Shown: piece by piece, positions 19,449 to 28,108 of the stretch
Position numbering within the stretch: the first letter of the stretch is position 1
Layout of the letters: every line of letters starts with the position of its first letter
NCBI RefSeq assembly: GCF_028290625.1
Contig: NZ_JAQGJM010000021.1
Span: 253-64,252, forward strand
Reading direction: 5' to 3'
DNA: 64,000 nt
DNA from: Devosia sp.
GTDB taxonomy: Bacteria; Pseudomonadota; Alphaproteobacteria; Rhizobiales; Devosiaceae
Notes under the pieces: generated by a model
The model's input: the letters and a program-made list of their open reading frames with translations, nothing else
Told to the model about the DNA's origin: nothing
The model's database searches: none
Translations under genes and position numbers: made by a program

Positions 19449-21130
19449 GGTTCTGGTGGGTCGACGACACCAATCGTCTCGGCGAAGAGATGCGGAGCGT
19501 TACTGCTCTCGGGTCAAACGAGGCTTGGTTCACCTTGACTCGCTGGCGTTTCTTCGAGGGCATGCTCTGCGCCGAGGTCGTCGTCACGGCGCACGGACAT
19601 GATTACCCAGTACGCTTGATCTATCCCGACCAGTTTCCGGAGGTGCCGGCGTGGGTCGAGCCCCAAGAGAAAGTCCATTGGTCTAGCCATCAGTATGGTG
19701 AATCGGCACTGTGCCTTGAGCTTCGCCCCGACAACTGGCATCCCGCCGCAACCGGCGTGGATGTGCTGCGGAGCGCCCACGACCTTCTCCACATTGAAAA
19801 CCCTTTGGGCGGCGGCACTGTGCGGGCGGAAACGGCACACCAGCCCAATCAAGCCCAGGCATACACCTGGTGGGGGAACCCAGTGATGATTTCAGACGGC
19901 TGCGCCGCCAGAATTCATGCCGGCACGGCCTCTGGGCTGGTAGCTCTCAGGTTCCCGGTTGATGACAAGCTGTGGCCGATCGTCGTACACGACGAGATCG
20001 ACCGAGCTGGGCTGCAGCGGCCACCCACCGCGACCATCGAAAAATGGCAGATCGACGTGCCGGTCTTCGTCTCTACGTCGAGCCCACCCTCCGATGCCGA
20101 TAATCGCGCCGGCTTGGCGGTACTGTTCGATGCAGATCTGATGTTGCAGGTCTTGGCCTCAACAGCGGGAGTCACGCTTTTCGTCAAGGAGGGCGGTATC
20201 GACGCGTACAATCTGCTTCCCGATGGCGCCAGCGAGAAGCGTGTAGTCTACGTTCTGCCGGATGAATTCGGCGCCCGTAGCGGACGTTCCGGCGGCGCGG
20301 CCAGCGAGAGCGCGACCATAGTGGGATGCGGATCAGTCGGTTCCAAGGTGGCAGAATCGCTGCTTCGCTCGGGGATAACTTCGCTGACGCTGGTGGATGG
20401 CGACGTATTCCTCCCAGGTAATCTGGAACGTCATGTACTCGACTGGAACCAAGTTGGGCTCCGCAAAGTCGAAGCACTCAAAAATCGTCTGCTGTCCATT
20501 GTGCCTGGGGCAACGATCAAACCGATCGCCGACAACCTGAGTTGGCAGCGCTCTGCCGAGACTCACGCATGGCAGGTACAAGCCATCGCTGCTTCCAGCA
20601 TCATCATCGACGCGACGGGGGATCCGGCCACTTCCTTGTTCCTCGGAGCCGTAGCAGACGCCAACGAGAAGCCGTTTGTGTCGGTCGAGGTTTTCGAAGG
20701 TGGTATCGGCGCCCTGGTCGCCACCAGTCTTCCCGAACGGGACCCGCCATTCGTCGCGGGACGCGCCAGCTTCCTTGCTTGGTGTGAAGAGAGGGGCAAA
20801 AAGCCGCCGCAGAGCGGTCCACGCCGTTATGAGATGATTTCGGACGGCGTTCCGGTAGTCGCCGACGATGCAGCGATCGAGATTACCGCGGGCAATTGCG
20901 CCAGAGTGGTGCTGGATATCCTCGACGGCCGCCCACAACCTCGATCGGCGGCGTGGCTGCTACTCGGCTACAGCGATCAGTGGCTGTTCGATGGCCATGG
21001 CGACAATATCCGCCTCGATGTTGGCGGGCGATCGCACTCTGGGGAGAAGATGCCCCCCGACTTCGAAGCTCTCGATATCGCCGGCCAGCTTTTCAAGGAA
21101 TGGATAGATGCACTTGATACTGGCAGCTGA
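19445..21130 (+). CDS. cap2: CBASS Cap2 (E2-like + E1/ThiF-like fusion)
   Basis: N-terminal UBC-like domain with HQYGESALCLELRPDNW (E2 Cys). ThiF/E1 Rossmann IVGCGSVGSKVAESLLRSGITSLTLVDGDVFLPGNLERH. TTG start overlapping the CD-NTase stop. Confidence 0.9.
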   Translation: MRFWWVDDTNRLGEEMRSVTALGSNEAWFTLTRWRFFEGMLCAEVVVTAHGHDYPVRLIYPDQFPEVPAWVEPQEKVHWSSHQYGESALCLELRPDNWHPAATGVDVLRSAHDLLHIENPLGGGTVRAETAHQPNQAQAYTWWGNPVMISDGCAARIHAGTASGLVALRFPVDDKLWPIVVHDEIDRAGLQRPPTATIEKWQIDVPVFVSTSSPPSDADNRAGLAVLFDADLMLQVLASTAGVTLFVKEGGIDAYNLLPDGASEKRVVYVLPDEFGARSGRSGGAASESATIVGCGSVGSKVAESLLRSGITSLTLVDGDVFLPGNLERHVLDWNQVGLRKVEALKNRLLSIVPGATIKPIADNLSWQRSAETHAWQVQAIAASSIIIDATGDPATSLFLGAVADANEKPFVSVEVFEGGIGALVATSLPERDPPFVAGRASFLAWCEERGKKPPQSGPRRYEMISDGVPVVADDAAIEITAGNCARVVLDILDGRPQPRSAAWLLLGYSDQWLFDGHGDNIRLDVGGRSHSGEKMPPDFEALDIAGQLFKEWIDALDTGS

Positions 21131-21569
21131 CCAGAAGCACAGATTGGTGGAAGCCCTGACGCTGGCCGGTACCAAAGAGATCGGCGGTCAGTTGTTCGGC
21201 GAACTCCTCGAGCCATCGAAGTTCCTCATCACCGAACTGGTCGTGCAGGCGAGACCCGGATCCTTCGCCCGGTTCGTGGTCGATCTCTTCCAAGCCGCTC
21301 GAGAAGCAATGCGGTTCTTCGACCGCACGGCGCACCGATACGTCGCCTTCAACTATATCGGAGAATGGCATAGCCATCCGAGCTTCGCGGTCAGGCCCAG
21401 TTCGACCGATGTGCAGACGATGCGAGGTCTCGTTTTGGAGCCCGATTTCCCAGGAAATTTCGCGGTTCTGGTCATCGTTCGGCTCGACGTTGACGAATTG
21501 ACTGTTGGCAGCTGGGTATTCGATCCACAAGGCCGCGAGAGCGAAGCGACGTTCGAGGTGCGGACGTGA
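21108..21569 (+). CDS. cap3: CBASS Cap3 (JAB/JAMM isopeptidase)
   Basis: JAMM motif EWHSHPSFAVRPSSTDVQTM (HxHx10SxxD) plus an upstream Glu in KEIGGQLFGE. Overlaps the cap2 end. Confidence 0.9.
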   Translation: MHLILAADQKHRLVEALTLAGTKEIGGQLFGELLEPSKFLITELVVQARPGSFARFVVDLFQAAREAMRFFDRTAHRYVAFNYIGEWHSHPSFAVRPSSTDVQTMRGLVLEPDFPGNFAVLVIVRLDVDELTVGSWVFDPQGRESEATFEVRT

Positions 21570-22978
21570 ACGATACAAAAGGCCCCACTCTCATCGACGC
21601 TCGTGGCATGGGCGGCATCATCGCCATAGATGGCTTCGATTACCAGCTCTGGGACTGCTTGGCCCGTATTCCTTCTTGGGTATCTAACCCAGTCTTCGAA
21701 CAACTGATCTTCGAGGGCCTAGAGGATCATGAAGCCAAGTTCTTTTCACCGCATAGTCCTCACCGAGCGGTGCTCGATAGGTACCAGGCCAAGGCCAGCA
21801 CACTGCAGCCTGCTGGGGTGAAAGAGGTCTTCGAAAATTTCCAGACCTATGATGAGGCGCATCCCAGCACCGCCCGGGTGCACACGCTGGTGATGCCGTC
21901 GCTTCCAGCGACATTGTCGTGGTTCACGAGTGACAAGAACCGTGTCCGAAAAGCACGGCCGTTTTACGCGCCCTTCAACACCATCACGGCGGCCAACGAA
22001 GACGGACTTCGCTCCACGATCGTTTCGACCTATCCTGGACCTTTAGGTGAATTCGTTGCCGACACCGTCGAGGTGCACGAACGCAATATGCCCGATCTTG
22101 CGAATGCGATGGCAACCTTCACCACGCAATTCAATATTGTATTTCCGCAGCTCGACGTCTCGTCGCGCAAAGTGGAGGCGGCGTTCGACGCTCTGGCCAA
22201 GCTGGTCAGAAATTCTGTGGGCGCGCCCATCGGTCGGGCAATCCTGATCGAGACGTTGGAAACGGCCATTGGAACATCCCTGCCTTTGCCGATGGCATTT
22301 CCTCTCAATGTGAGATCGGACAGGAACGAACAGGACGAAGCCAGTCTGGAGATCGATGCATCAGGTTTTTCCGGCGGCGACGCCGGCTACCCAGCTCCAC
22401 CGGTTTGGACCACCGATCTGTTGACCCCTCTGAGCGCCACATCCCAATGGCTGCGTCGACATGACGTTGTACGCATCGCGCCTAGAGGATCGTATCGCTT
22501 GACCACCGCATTTGCACTTGGATGGTCGTTCAGGTCGGCAATCGGCTTTGAGATCGATATTCCTACGAGGGACAGTCTCTGGCCCACCGATGACAGGCCG
22601 GTCGAGGGTTCACTGCCCGATTGGTCCATTCGACCGGCCACTCGTTTGCATGGCGGCAGGCTGCAGATCGCCATCGGCGTCATCCGGGATCCAACTGCAA
22701 CCTTGGTTGCATCGACCGAGATACCCGAAGACGCGATCATGTCTTTACATTTGCCCAGCGCCATGATGTCGGCGAAAGCTTCACAGGCCTCAGTCGGCCA
22801 TATCAAGCACAAGATCGATCAGGCAGTGTCCAGTCTACGCCCCGTGGGCATCGACATGTACTTCGTTGGACCAGCTGCGTTCGCCGTTGCCCTTGGTCAT
22901 CGCTGGAATGCGTTCCCGCCAACGCAACTTCATGAGTTCGTCGCGAACAAATATTCACCGACCGCGATCCTCGATTGA
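21566..22978 (+). CDS. cap4: CBASS effector, Cap4-like (N-terminal PD-(D/E)xK nuclease of DUF4297 type + C-terminal SAVED-like sensor)
   Basis: N-terminal GGIIAIDGFDYQLWD, FEGLEDHEAKF and RYQAKAS (nuclease motifs). The C-terminal half is roughly 250 aa with SAVED-like alternating beta/alpha segments (IAPRGSYRLTTAFALGWSF). GTGA overlap with cap3. Confidence 0.75.
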   Translation: MNDTKGPTLIDARGMGGIIAIDGFDYQLWDCLARIPSWVSNPVFEQLIFEGLEDHEAKFFSPHSPHRAVLDRYQAKASTLQPAGVKEVFENFQTYDEAHPSTARVHTLVMPSLPATLSWFTSDKNRVRKARPFYAPFNTITAANEDGLRSTIVSTYPGPLGEFVADTVEVHERNMPDLANAMATFTTQFNIVFPQLDVSSRKVEAAFDALAKLVRNSVGAPIGRAILIETLETAIGTSLPLPMAFPLNVRSDRNEQDEASLEIDASGFSGGDAGYPAPPVWTTDLLTPLSATSQWLRRHDVVRIAPRGSYRLTTAFALGWSFRSAIGFEIDIPTRDSLWPTDDRPVEGSLPDWSIRPATRLHGGRLQIAIGVIRDPTATLVASTEIPEDAIMSLHLPSAMMSAKASQASVGHIKHKIDQAVSSLRPVGIDMYFVGPAAFAVALGHRWNAFPPTQLHEFVANKYSPTAILD

Positions 22979-23173
22979 GCGAGTGAGCGCTGCGACCGTC
23001 TTTACCGTTTTGGCACACGATGCGGCCCCATTGCATTCGTGCCATGGGTCCGTCTAAGTTGTTGGTAGGTCGAGCAGCTCTGGTCGTGGTGTCGGTATTT
23101 TCGCCCACTCAGCCCGAGAGTGGCGTAACTATTCACTGCCAGCGAAAGCTTCCCTCACGATCAAGGTGACTGC

Positions 23174-24409
23174 GTGGACTATGAAGAAGATTGTCCACCC
23201 GTAACCGGCAATCTGGCAAAGGTCGTCAAGATCGATCACGGAGCCGGTGTGATGCACGCCCGTCTGCTCGACGGGCGCACGGCGCAATGGACGGGCATGA
23301 CCGGAGACCTGCCAGAAGTCGGTGATGTTCTCCTCCTGACCGACAATCGTTGGCGGCAAGCCGACCCGGACGCCTGGACGACCTACAACTCCACCGCGAT
23401 CGTGAAGAACGTGATGGAGGACGGTACGGTGCTGCTCGATGACGGTTTTCGGATCGTGCCGATCGCAAACCCCTTGGACATCGAGGTCGCTCCGGAAAGC
23501 ACCGTTGAATACAACGACATTGACGGCATAGTGCGGTCGCTCTCGGACCAACCGATCAGAAGTGCCAGGGGTCAGCCGGAGATCGACTATTCGACCTCGG
23601 ATTTTCTGGTCGACAGCGCTGCCAGCGGATTGACGTTCGCGGACTTCGGTGGGTATCCGCACGTCATCGATCGTGCTCGCGAGCTCATCGAGACGCAGTT
23701 GAAGCGGCGAGACCTTCTCGACAGGATCGGCGCAAGGCCCGTGAAGGGGATCCTTTTCACCGGTCTGCCGGGAACGGGGAAAACCTTTCTGGCCAAGATC
23801 GTTGCGGCCGAGTCAGGTGCCGCTTTCTTTCTGGTGAGCGGGCCCTCGATAGTGAGCAAATGGGTCGGCGGCTCGGAAGGTACGCTACGCAGGATATTCG
23901 AGGACGCGGCAGATCATCCAAGCGAAAAGGCCATAATCTTTTTCGACGAGATCGACAGCATCGCGGAGCGGCGAACTGGGGACTCGCACGAGGCGTCGAA
24001 GCGACTCGTCGCGCAATTGCTGACGTTGATGGACGGCTTCGACGACAAAGGGCGCAACGTCGTGGTCATCGCTGCTACCAATCGCGTGGACTCTCTCGAC
24101 CCCGCATTGACCAGACCGGGACGTTTCGACTGGGAGATCGAATTCGGTCTGCCGACTCTGGAGGATAGGCTTCAGATCCTACTCGTCTCGGCAAGAACCC
24201 ACAGAATATCCGATGACCTTCATTTCGGCGAAATAGCCCGAGCCACTGAGGGATGGGCTGCTGCTAAACTCACCTCGCTGTGGAGTGAGGCCGCGCTGAT
24301 TGCGGCCGGAGATGGACGGGATTTCATTGCGGGGGAGGATATGGATCAGGCCTTCGAACGCGTGGCTTCTCGTCCCAGGCGAGGCGAAACCGCGGGAGAC
24401 ACCGCATGA
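23174..24409 (+). CDS. AAA+ ATPase (classic CDC48/FtsH-clade AAA domain) with ~180-aa N-terminal beta-rich domain
   Basis: Walker A GLPGTGKTFLAKIVAAE, Walker B AIIFFDEIDS, sensor-1/SRH VVVIAATNRVDSLDPALTRPGRFD. GTG start is uncertain. Confidence 0.85.
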   Translation: MDYEEDCPPVTGNLAKVVKIDHGAGVMHARLLDGRTAQWTGMTGDLPEVGDVLLLTDNRWRQADPDAWTTYNSTAIVKNVMEDGTVLLDDGFRIVPIANPLDIEVAPESTVEYNDIDGIVRSLSDQPIRSARGQPEIDYSTSDFLVDSAASGLTFADFGGYPHVIDRARELIETQLKRRDLLDRIGARPVKGILFTGLPGTGKTFLAKIVAAESGAAFFLVSGPSIVSKWVGGSEGTLRRIFEDAADHPSEKAIIFFDEIDSIAERRTGDSHEASKRLVAQLLTLMDGFDDKGRNVVVIAATNRVDSLDPALTRPGRFDWEIEFGLPTLEDRLQILLVSARTHRISDDLHFGEIARATEGWAAAKLTSLWSEAALIAAGDGRDFIAGEDMDQAFERVASRPRRGETAGDTA

Positions 24410-25749
24410 GGTTGCTGGAGCGGTTCAAGCGTTTATTCAACAAGAGGAAACCTACGCCTCCCCGTGTCGTTGTCGTGAATCGCAGTCTTTTGCGAGAGTT
24501 TGTCTATCTCGATGAGGTCAGCCTGCGAAGCCTGCTCTCTTCGCAGACTGGCGGGGTCACCGACAGCACTTCCGATGAAATTACGAGAGCGGCCGAAGCG
24601 GAGATAACCGGCGGCTTTGGGGCCACCTCGCCTGTGTTGAACGCTGAGGTCGGATCCAGATATCAGACCAGCAACAGCAGCACGCTTCAGACTTCGCGGA
24701 AGGCCACCGTGCAATCGTGGTTCCGCGAACTACTCGCCATCAGCGGCCTTCGCCTGATCGAAGTAGCGGAGGCGCCGCCGGATGTCGCAGAGTTGGACGA
24801 GGTGATTGCTGGCTCGCCTTCGCTAGGCGCAATAGGCGCCGCCCACCTGCGCCGTGGCGAATTGGTGGAATTTCGAGTGAAGCTCTCCGCGGACCCGGTG
24901 TTCCACATGAGCACAATGGTCACTGAATTCGCCGGTATGGCCGAGGACTTCCCAGGCAAACTGGCGCCTGATGCCGGCAAGGCGCTCGCTGAAGTGGAAC
25001 CATTGAACCGGATCCTGAGCAAACTCCTTGCCGGGCTCATTCCCATCCGCGGCGAGGCTGTTGACTACCGCGTGGCGACAGTGAGGGGACAGGACTGGCT
25101 GGTGCACAAGGCTATCGCTGAGAAGTTCGATCTTCCCAGCCGCCCTTTGATAATCGTAGGGGTCACCGAGCACTTGGCGTACTGGAAAGACATTCGGCGC
25201 GTATTGTTCTCCCAGGCCGAATTCACGATCCTCTGTCGAGTCTCCCGCAGCTTACTGCAGCCCACATGGACGCCGGTTAAGTTGGCGGACCTGTTCAAAA
25301 TGATCGCGCCCGATTTCGTCCAACAGATCAATGAAGCGAGCCTACTCTCGGTAAACCCCCAACAACGACCGAACGCTCAAGCTCCGGCGAACGCGGTCAT
25401 CCGCCCAGCTTTGAAGCACTACTCCACGAAACTGCTGAAGGTCGCGAAGTACAGCATCAGCAAGGAGCAGAAGGCCGTAGTGGGTGAACTGATCGAAAAC
25501 AGCTGCTCGGAGCAGTTGAACGCGGCGCAGGAGCGTCAGGCTTTCCGAATGATGAGGCAGTTGGTCGAGAGTTGGGTTCCGGTGGCAATCAGTCCGGAGC
25601 AAGACCTGGCTCTGAGGCAATCCGCCCGCAAGCAGGCAGAATCCAGACCAGCTTCGGCGGTCCGTTCTCGCAATATGGCGCGCTTGGAGCCCAGCATGGA
25701 GCCGCCTCCTGCTCTACTGGATGTAGAGGTGGTCGCCATATATTGGTGA
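24406..25749 (+). CDS. Uncharacterised 447-aa protein translationally coupled to the AAA+ ATPase (possibly DUF6414/DolA-like)
   Basis: ATGA overlap with the upstream gene. N-terminal LREFVYLDEVSLRSLLSSQTGGV followed by a Ser/Thr-rich segment and a helical C-terminus. No catalytic motif or TM segment recognised. Confidence 0.7.
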   Translation: MRLLERFKRLFNKRKPTPPRVVVVNRSLLREFVYLDEVSLRSLLSSQTGGVTDSTSDEITRAAEAEITGGFGATSPVLNAEVGSRYQTSNSSTLQTSRKATVQSWFRELLAISGLRLIEVAEAPPDVAELDEVIAGSPSLGAIGAAHLRRGELVEFRVKLSADPVFHMSTMVTEFAGMAEDFPGKLAPDAGKALAEVEPLNRILSKLLAGLIPIRGEAVDYRVATVRGQDWLVHKAIAEKFDLPSRPLIIVGVTEHLAYWKDIRRVLFSQAEFTILCRVSRSLLQPTWTPVKLADLFKMIAPDFVQQINEASLLSVNPQQRPNAQAPANAVIRPALKHYSTKLLKVAKYSISKEQKAVVGELIENSCSEQLNAAQERQAFRMMRQLVESWVPVAISPEQDLALRQSARKQAESRPASAVRSRNMARLEPSMEPPPALLDVEVVAIYW

Positions 25750-26150
25750 TATCGGACCGAGTGAAGCAGGACTCACGCCAACACCAGTATCGCGCGGCCC
25801 ACCCATACGCGATCGGACTATTGTTTCCGCCTGTCGCCGGGTCGCACGGCTGTCTGAGCGGCAAATCAGAGATCGTTGCCCAGGTAAAACGGGGGACATT
25901 GATCATCCCCACACATGAGTCAGGCCCTTGGTACGGAGTAGATATGACCAACGGGAGTACCGCATGTGTTCACAGCGAGTTTCTTGCGCAGCTCCGGTAA
26001 GTGTTCTCCACTCAAGTATGCGGACGCAGGGTGCCTACCCTGTTGTCCATCGATGCGTTCGTTGCGCGGATCTCGAACTTTGTGCGTGGCTGGCCGATGA
26101 AAATAGCCTAGTTGCAACTCTTAGGCATACAACGGTTATCTCTTCAAACT

Positions 26151-26180
26151 TGTCAGAAACTCGCCTATATGTATCTGACA
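26151..26180. promoter_or_regulatory. Inverted repeat upstream of abiEi (candidate autoregulatory operator)
   Basis: tgtcaga-N16-tctgaca, ending 15 nt before the abiEi ATG. AbiEi antitoxins are known to bind inverted repeats in their own promoters. Confidence 0.4.
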
Positions 26181-26194
26181 GAAAGGATTGCAAC

Positions 26195-26785
26195 ATGTCG
26201 GTAGTGGAAGAAGTGCGAGGGGCCATTAAAGGCAAGCGCAGCGGATCGGTGATCAGTGCCAGCATGTTTGCAAACATCGGCTCTCGCGAGGCGGTCGATC
26301 AAGCGCTCTCTCGTTTACGGAAGTCAGGAGAGTTGATGCGGGTTGCCCGCGGAATATATGTGCGGCCCGTCAATGGGAAGTTTGGCACTTATCCTCCGCA
26401 CTCCAGCGAAGTCGTGCGGTCGCTTAAGCACCATCAGCGAAAGCGGATCGTCGAGCATGGCCTGTCTGCGGCCAACCAGTTCGGCCTGACGACTCAGCAG
26501 CCACTTCGGCAAATCTATCTGACCAATGGTAGCAATCAGGTGCTCAAACTCGGCTCAAATCCGGTGATTCTGAGACATGCGCCAGAGTGGCAAACCATTT
26601 TCGCAAACCGGCCTGCTGGTGCCGCTTTGCGGGCGTTGTCGTATGTCGGCAGATCGGGCGCAGTGAATGCCGCACGGCAGATTAAAGCTCAGCTTCCTGA
26701 ACCGGAATGGGAAGTCTTGACGAAGGCGAAGAAACGATTTCCGGCTTGGGTAGCAAACGCAGTCGTGCAGGCTTCTAATGGCTGA
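26195..26785 (+). CDS. abiEi: Type IV toxin-antitoxin system AbiEi-family antitoxin
   Basis: SVISASMFANIGSREAVDQALSRLRKSGELMRVARGIYVRP is the AbiEi wHTH pattern. Start moved to ATG 26195. Overlaps abiEii by 8 nt. Confidence 0.85.
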   Translation: MSVVEEVRGAIKGKRSGSVISASMFANIGSREAVDQALSRLRKSGELMRVARGIYVRPVNGKFGTYPPHSSEVVRSLKHHQRKRIVEHGLSAANQFGLTTQQPLRQIYLTNGSNQVLKLGSNPVILRHAPEWQTIFANRPAGAALRALSYVGRSGAVNAARQIKAQLPEPEWEVLTKAKKRFPAWVANAVVQASNG

Positions 26786-27812
26786 CCCGTTTTTTCGCTT
26801 GAGCGAGCGGGACCGGATTGATGCCCTCGGTGCCGCAGGTGAACAATTAGGAAGACTCCCATTTATCCTTGAAAAGGACGTGATGGTTGTTTGGTGCCTC
26901 AGTGCTGTTTTTTCCTCGGCAGATGGATCCCACCTGTCTTTTAAAGGCGGTACTTCTCTGTCCAAAGTGTTTCGCCTGATCGATAGATTCTCAGAGGACA
27001 TCGACCTGACCTACGACATCAGGCGATTGATCGGCGATAAATTCGATATTCCTGTGAATGGGCTCCCTGCCACTAAGAGCGAGGGGCGCCGATGGACGGA
27101 TGAGGTGAGAGTTCGGCTTCCCGAATGGATCGAAGCGGAACTCATCCCAATTCTAAGCCGACAAGCGGAAATGGACGGGCTGAAACTGACGTTTCGCCAG
27201 ACCACCAAGGAAACTCTGAATGTCGACTATGCGCCTTTGCAAGCTTCCAGAGGGACCTACGTCAAACCCTCTGTTCTTCTGGAATTCGGCGCGCGTTCAA
27301 CCGGTGAGCCGGTTGAAGATCACTTAGTAGCATGCGATGCAGCCGAGCGTTTGCCTGGGATCTCGTTCCCTGAAGCTCGCGTAAGAGCCATGCAGGTTGG
27401 TCGAACATTTTGGGAAAAGGCGACGGCGGCCCACGTATACACATTGCAGGACACCCCAAAGGGTGACCGGTTTTCACGCCACTGGCATGACCTGCACTTT
27501 ATTGCCAAATCGGGATATTTCGATAGCGCCGTCACCAATCACGCTCTTGCCCAAACCGTGGCTGATCACAAGGCTCTTTTTTTTGCCGAGCGAGAGACGC
27601 CTGAAAAGTGGATCGACTACGGTGCTGCCGTAAACGGGGCGCTTAAGATCGTCCCGAGCGGACAGGCGCGTGATGCACTAGAGGCGGACTATGCCGAAAT
27701 GAAGGAGGCAGGGATTTTATCCCAGGACGCGCCAGACTTTAAGACAATCATGGACACTTGCTTGAACATAGAGCGCCGCGCCAACGAAATAGATTCCCCA
27801 TCACTGGAGTGA
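26778..27812 (+). CDS. abiEii: AbiEii/AbiGii-family nucleotidyltransferase toxin
   Basis: LSFKGGTSLSKVFRLIDRFSEDIDLTYD is the NTase GS..D.D motif typical of AbiEii. Confidence 0.9.
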   Translation: MADPFFRLSERDRIDALGAAGEQLGRLPFILEKDVMVVWCLSAVFSSADGSHLSFKGGTSLSKVFRLIDRFSEDIDLTYDIRRLIGDKFDIPVNGLPATKSEGRRWTDEVRVRLPEWIEAELIPILSRQAEMDGLKLTFRQTTKETLNVDYAPLQASRGTYVKPSVLLEFGARSTGEPVEDHLVACDAAERLPGISFPEARVRAMQVGRTFWEKATAAHVYTLQDTPKGDRFSRHWHDLHFIAKSGYFDSAVTNHALAQTVADHKALFFAERETPEKWIDYGAAVNGALKIVPSGQARDALEADYAEMKEAGILSQDAPDFKTIMDTCLNIERRANEIDSPSLE

Positions 27813-28108
27813 TCGTAGGCTTGGGCTGTCCTGACCGGTGGGCCGGCGCACTATCCACAAGCGGCGCTGGGGTTTGTGCGCTCGCGATGCGGGCTGAACG
27901 ACAGGTTCCGAGCCCATTTCGCCGGTCTGAGCATTCTCGCATGCCCGAAATCCACCGTTGGCTGTCGCAGGACGCCACGGCCACTGCCCCCTAATGGTCC
28001 AAGGTCGAGGCTCACGTCACTCTCCACACGCAAAGCTATTCTTCAATGGCTGCTGGGCCCAAGTGTTTTCGGAAGAGCTGCAGCGCTCCAGGTTTTAGTG
28101 CACTCAGG

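Noticed and set aside
25928-26194. Upstream 89-codon extension of the AbiEi ORF
   Set aside because: The extension has no AbiEi-like sequence, crosses an AT-rich promoter-like region and contains the candidate operator. ATG 26195 gives a protein of typical AbiEi N-terminal domain length.
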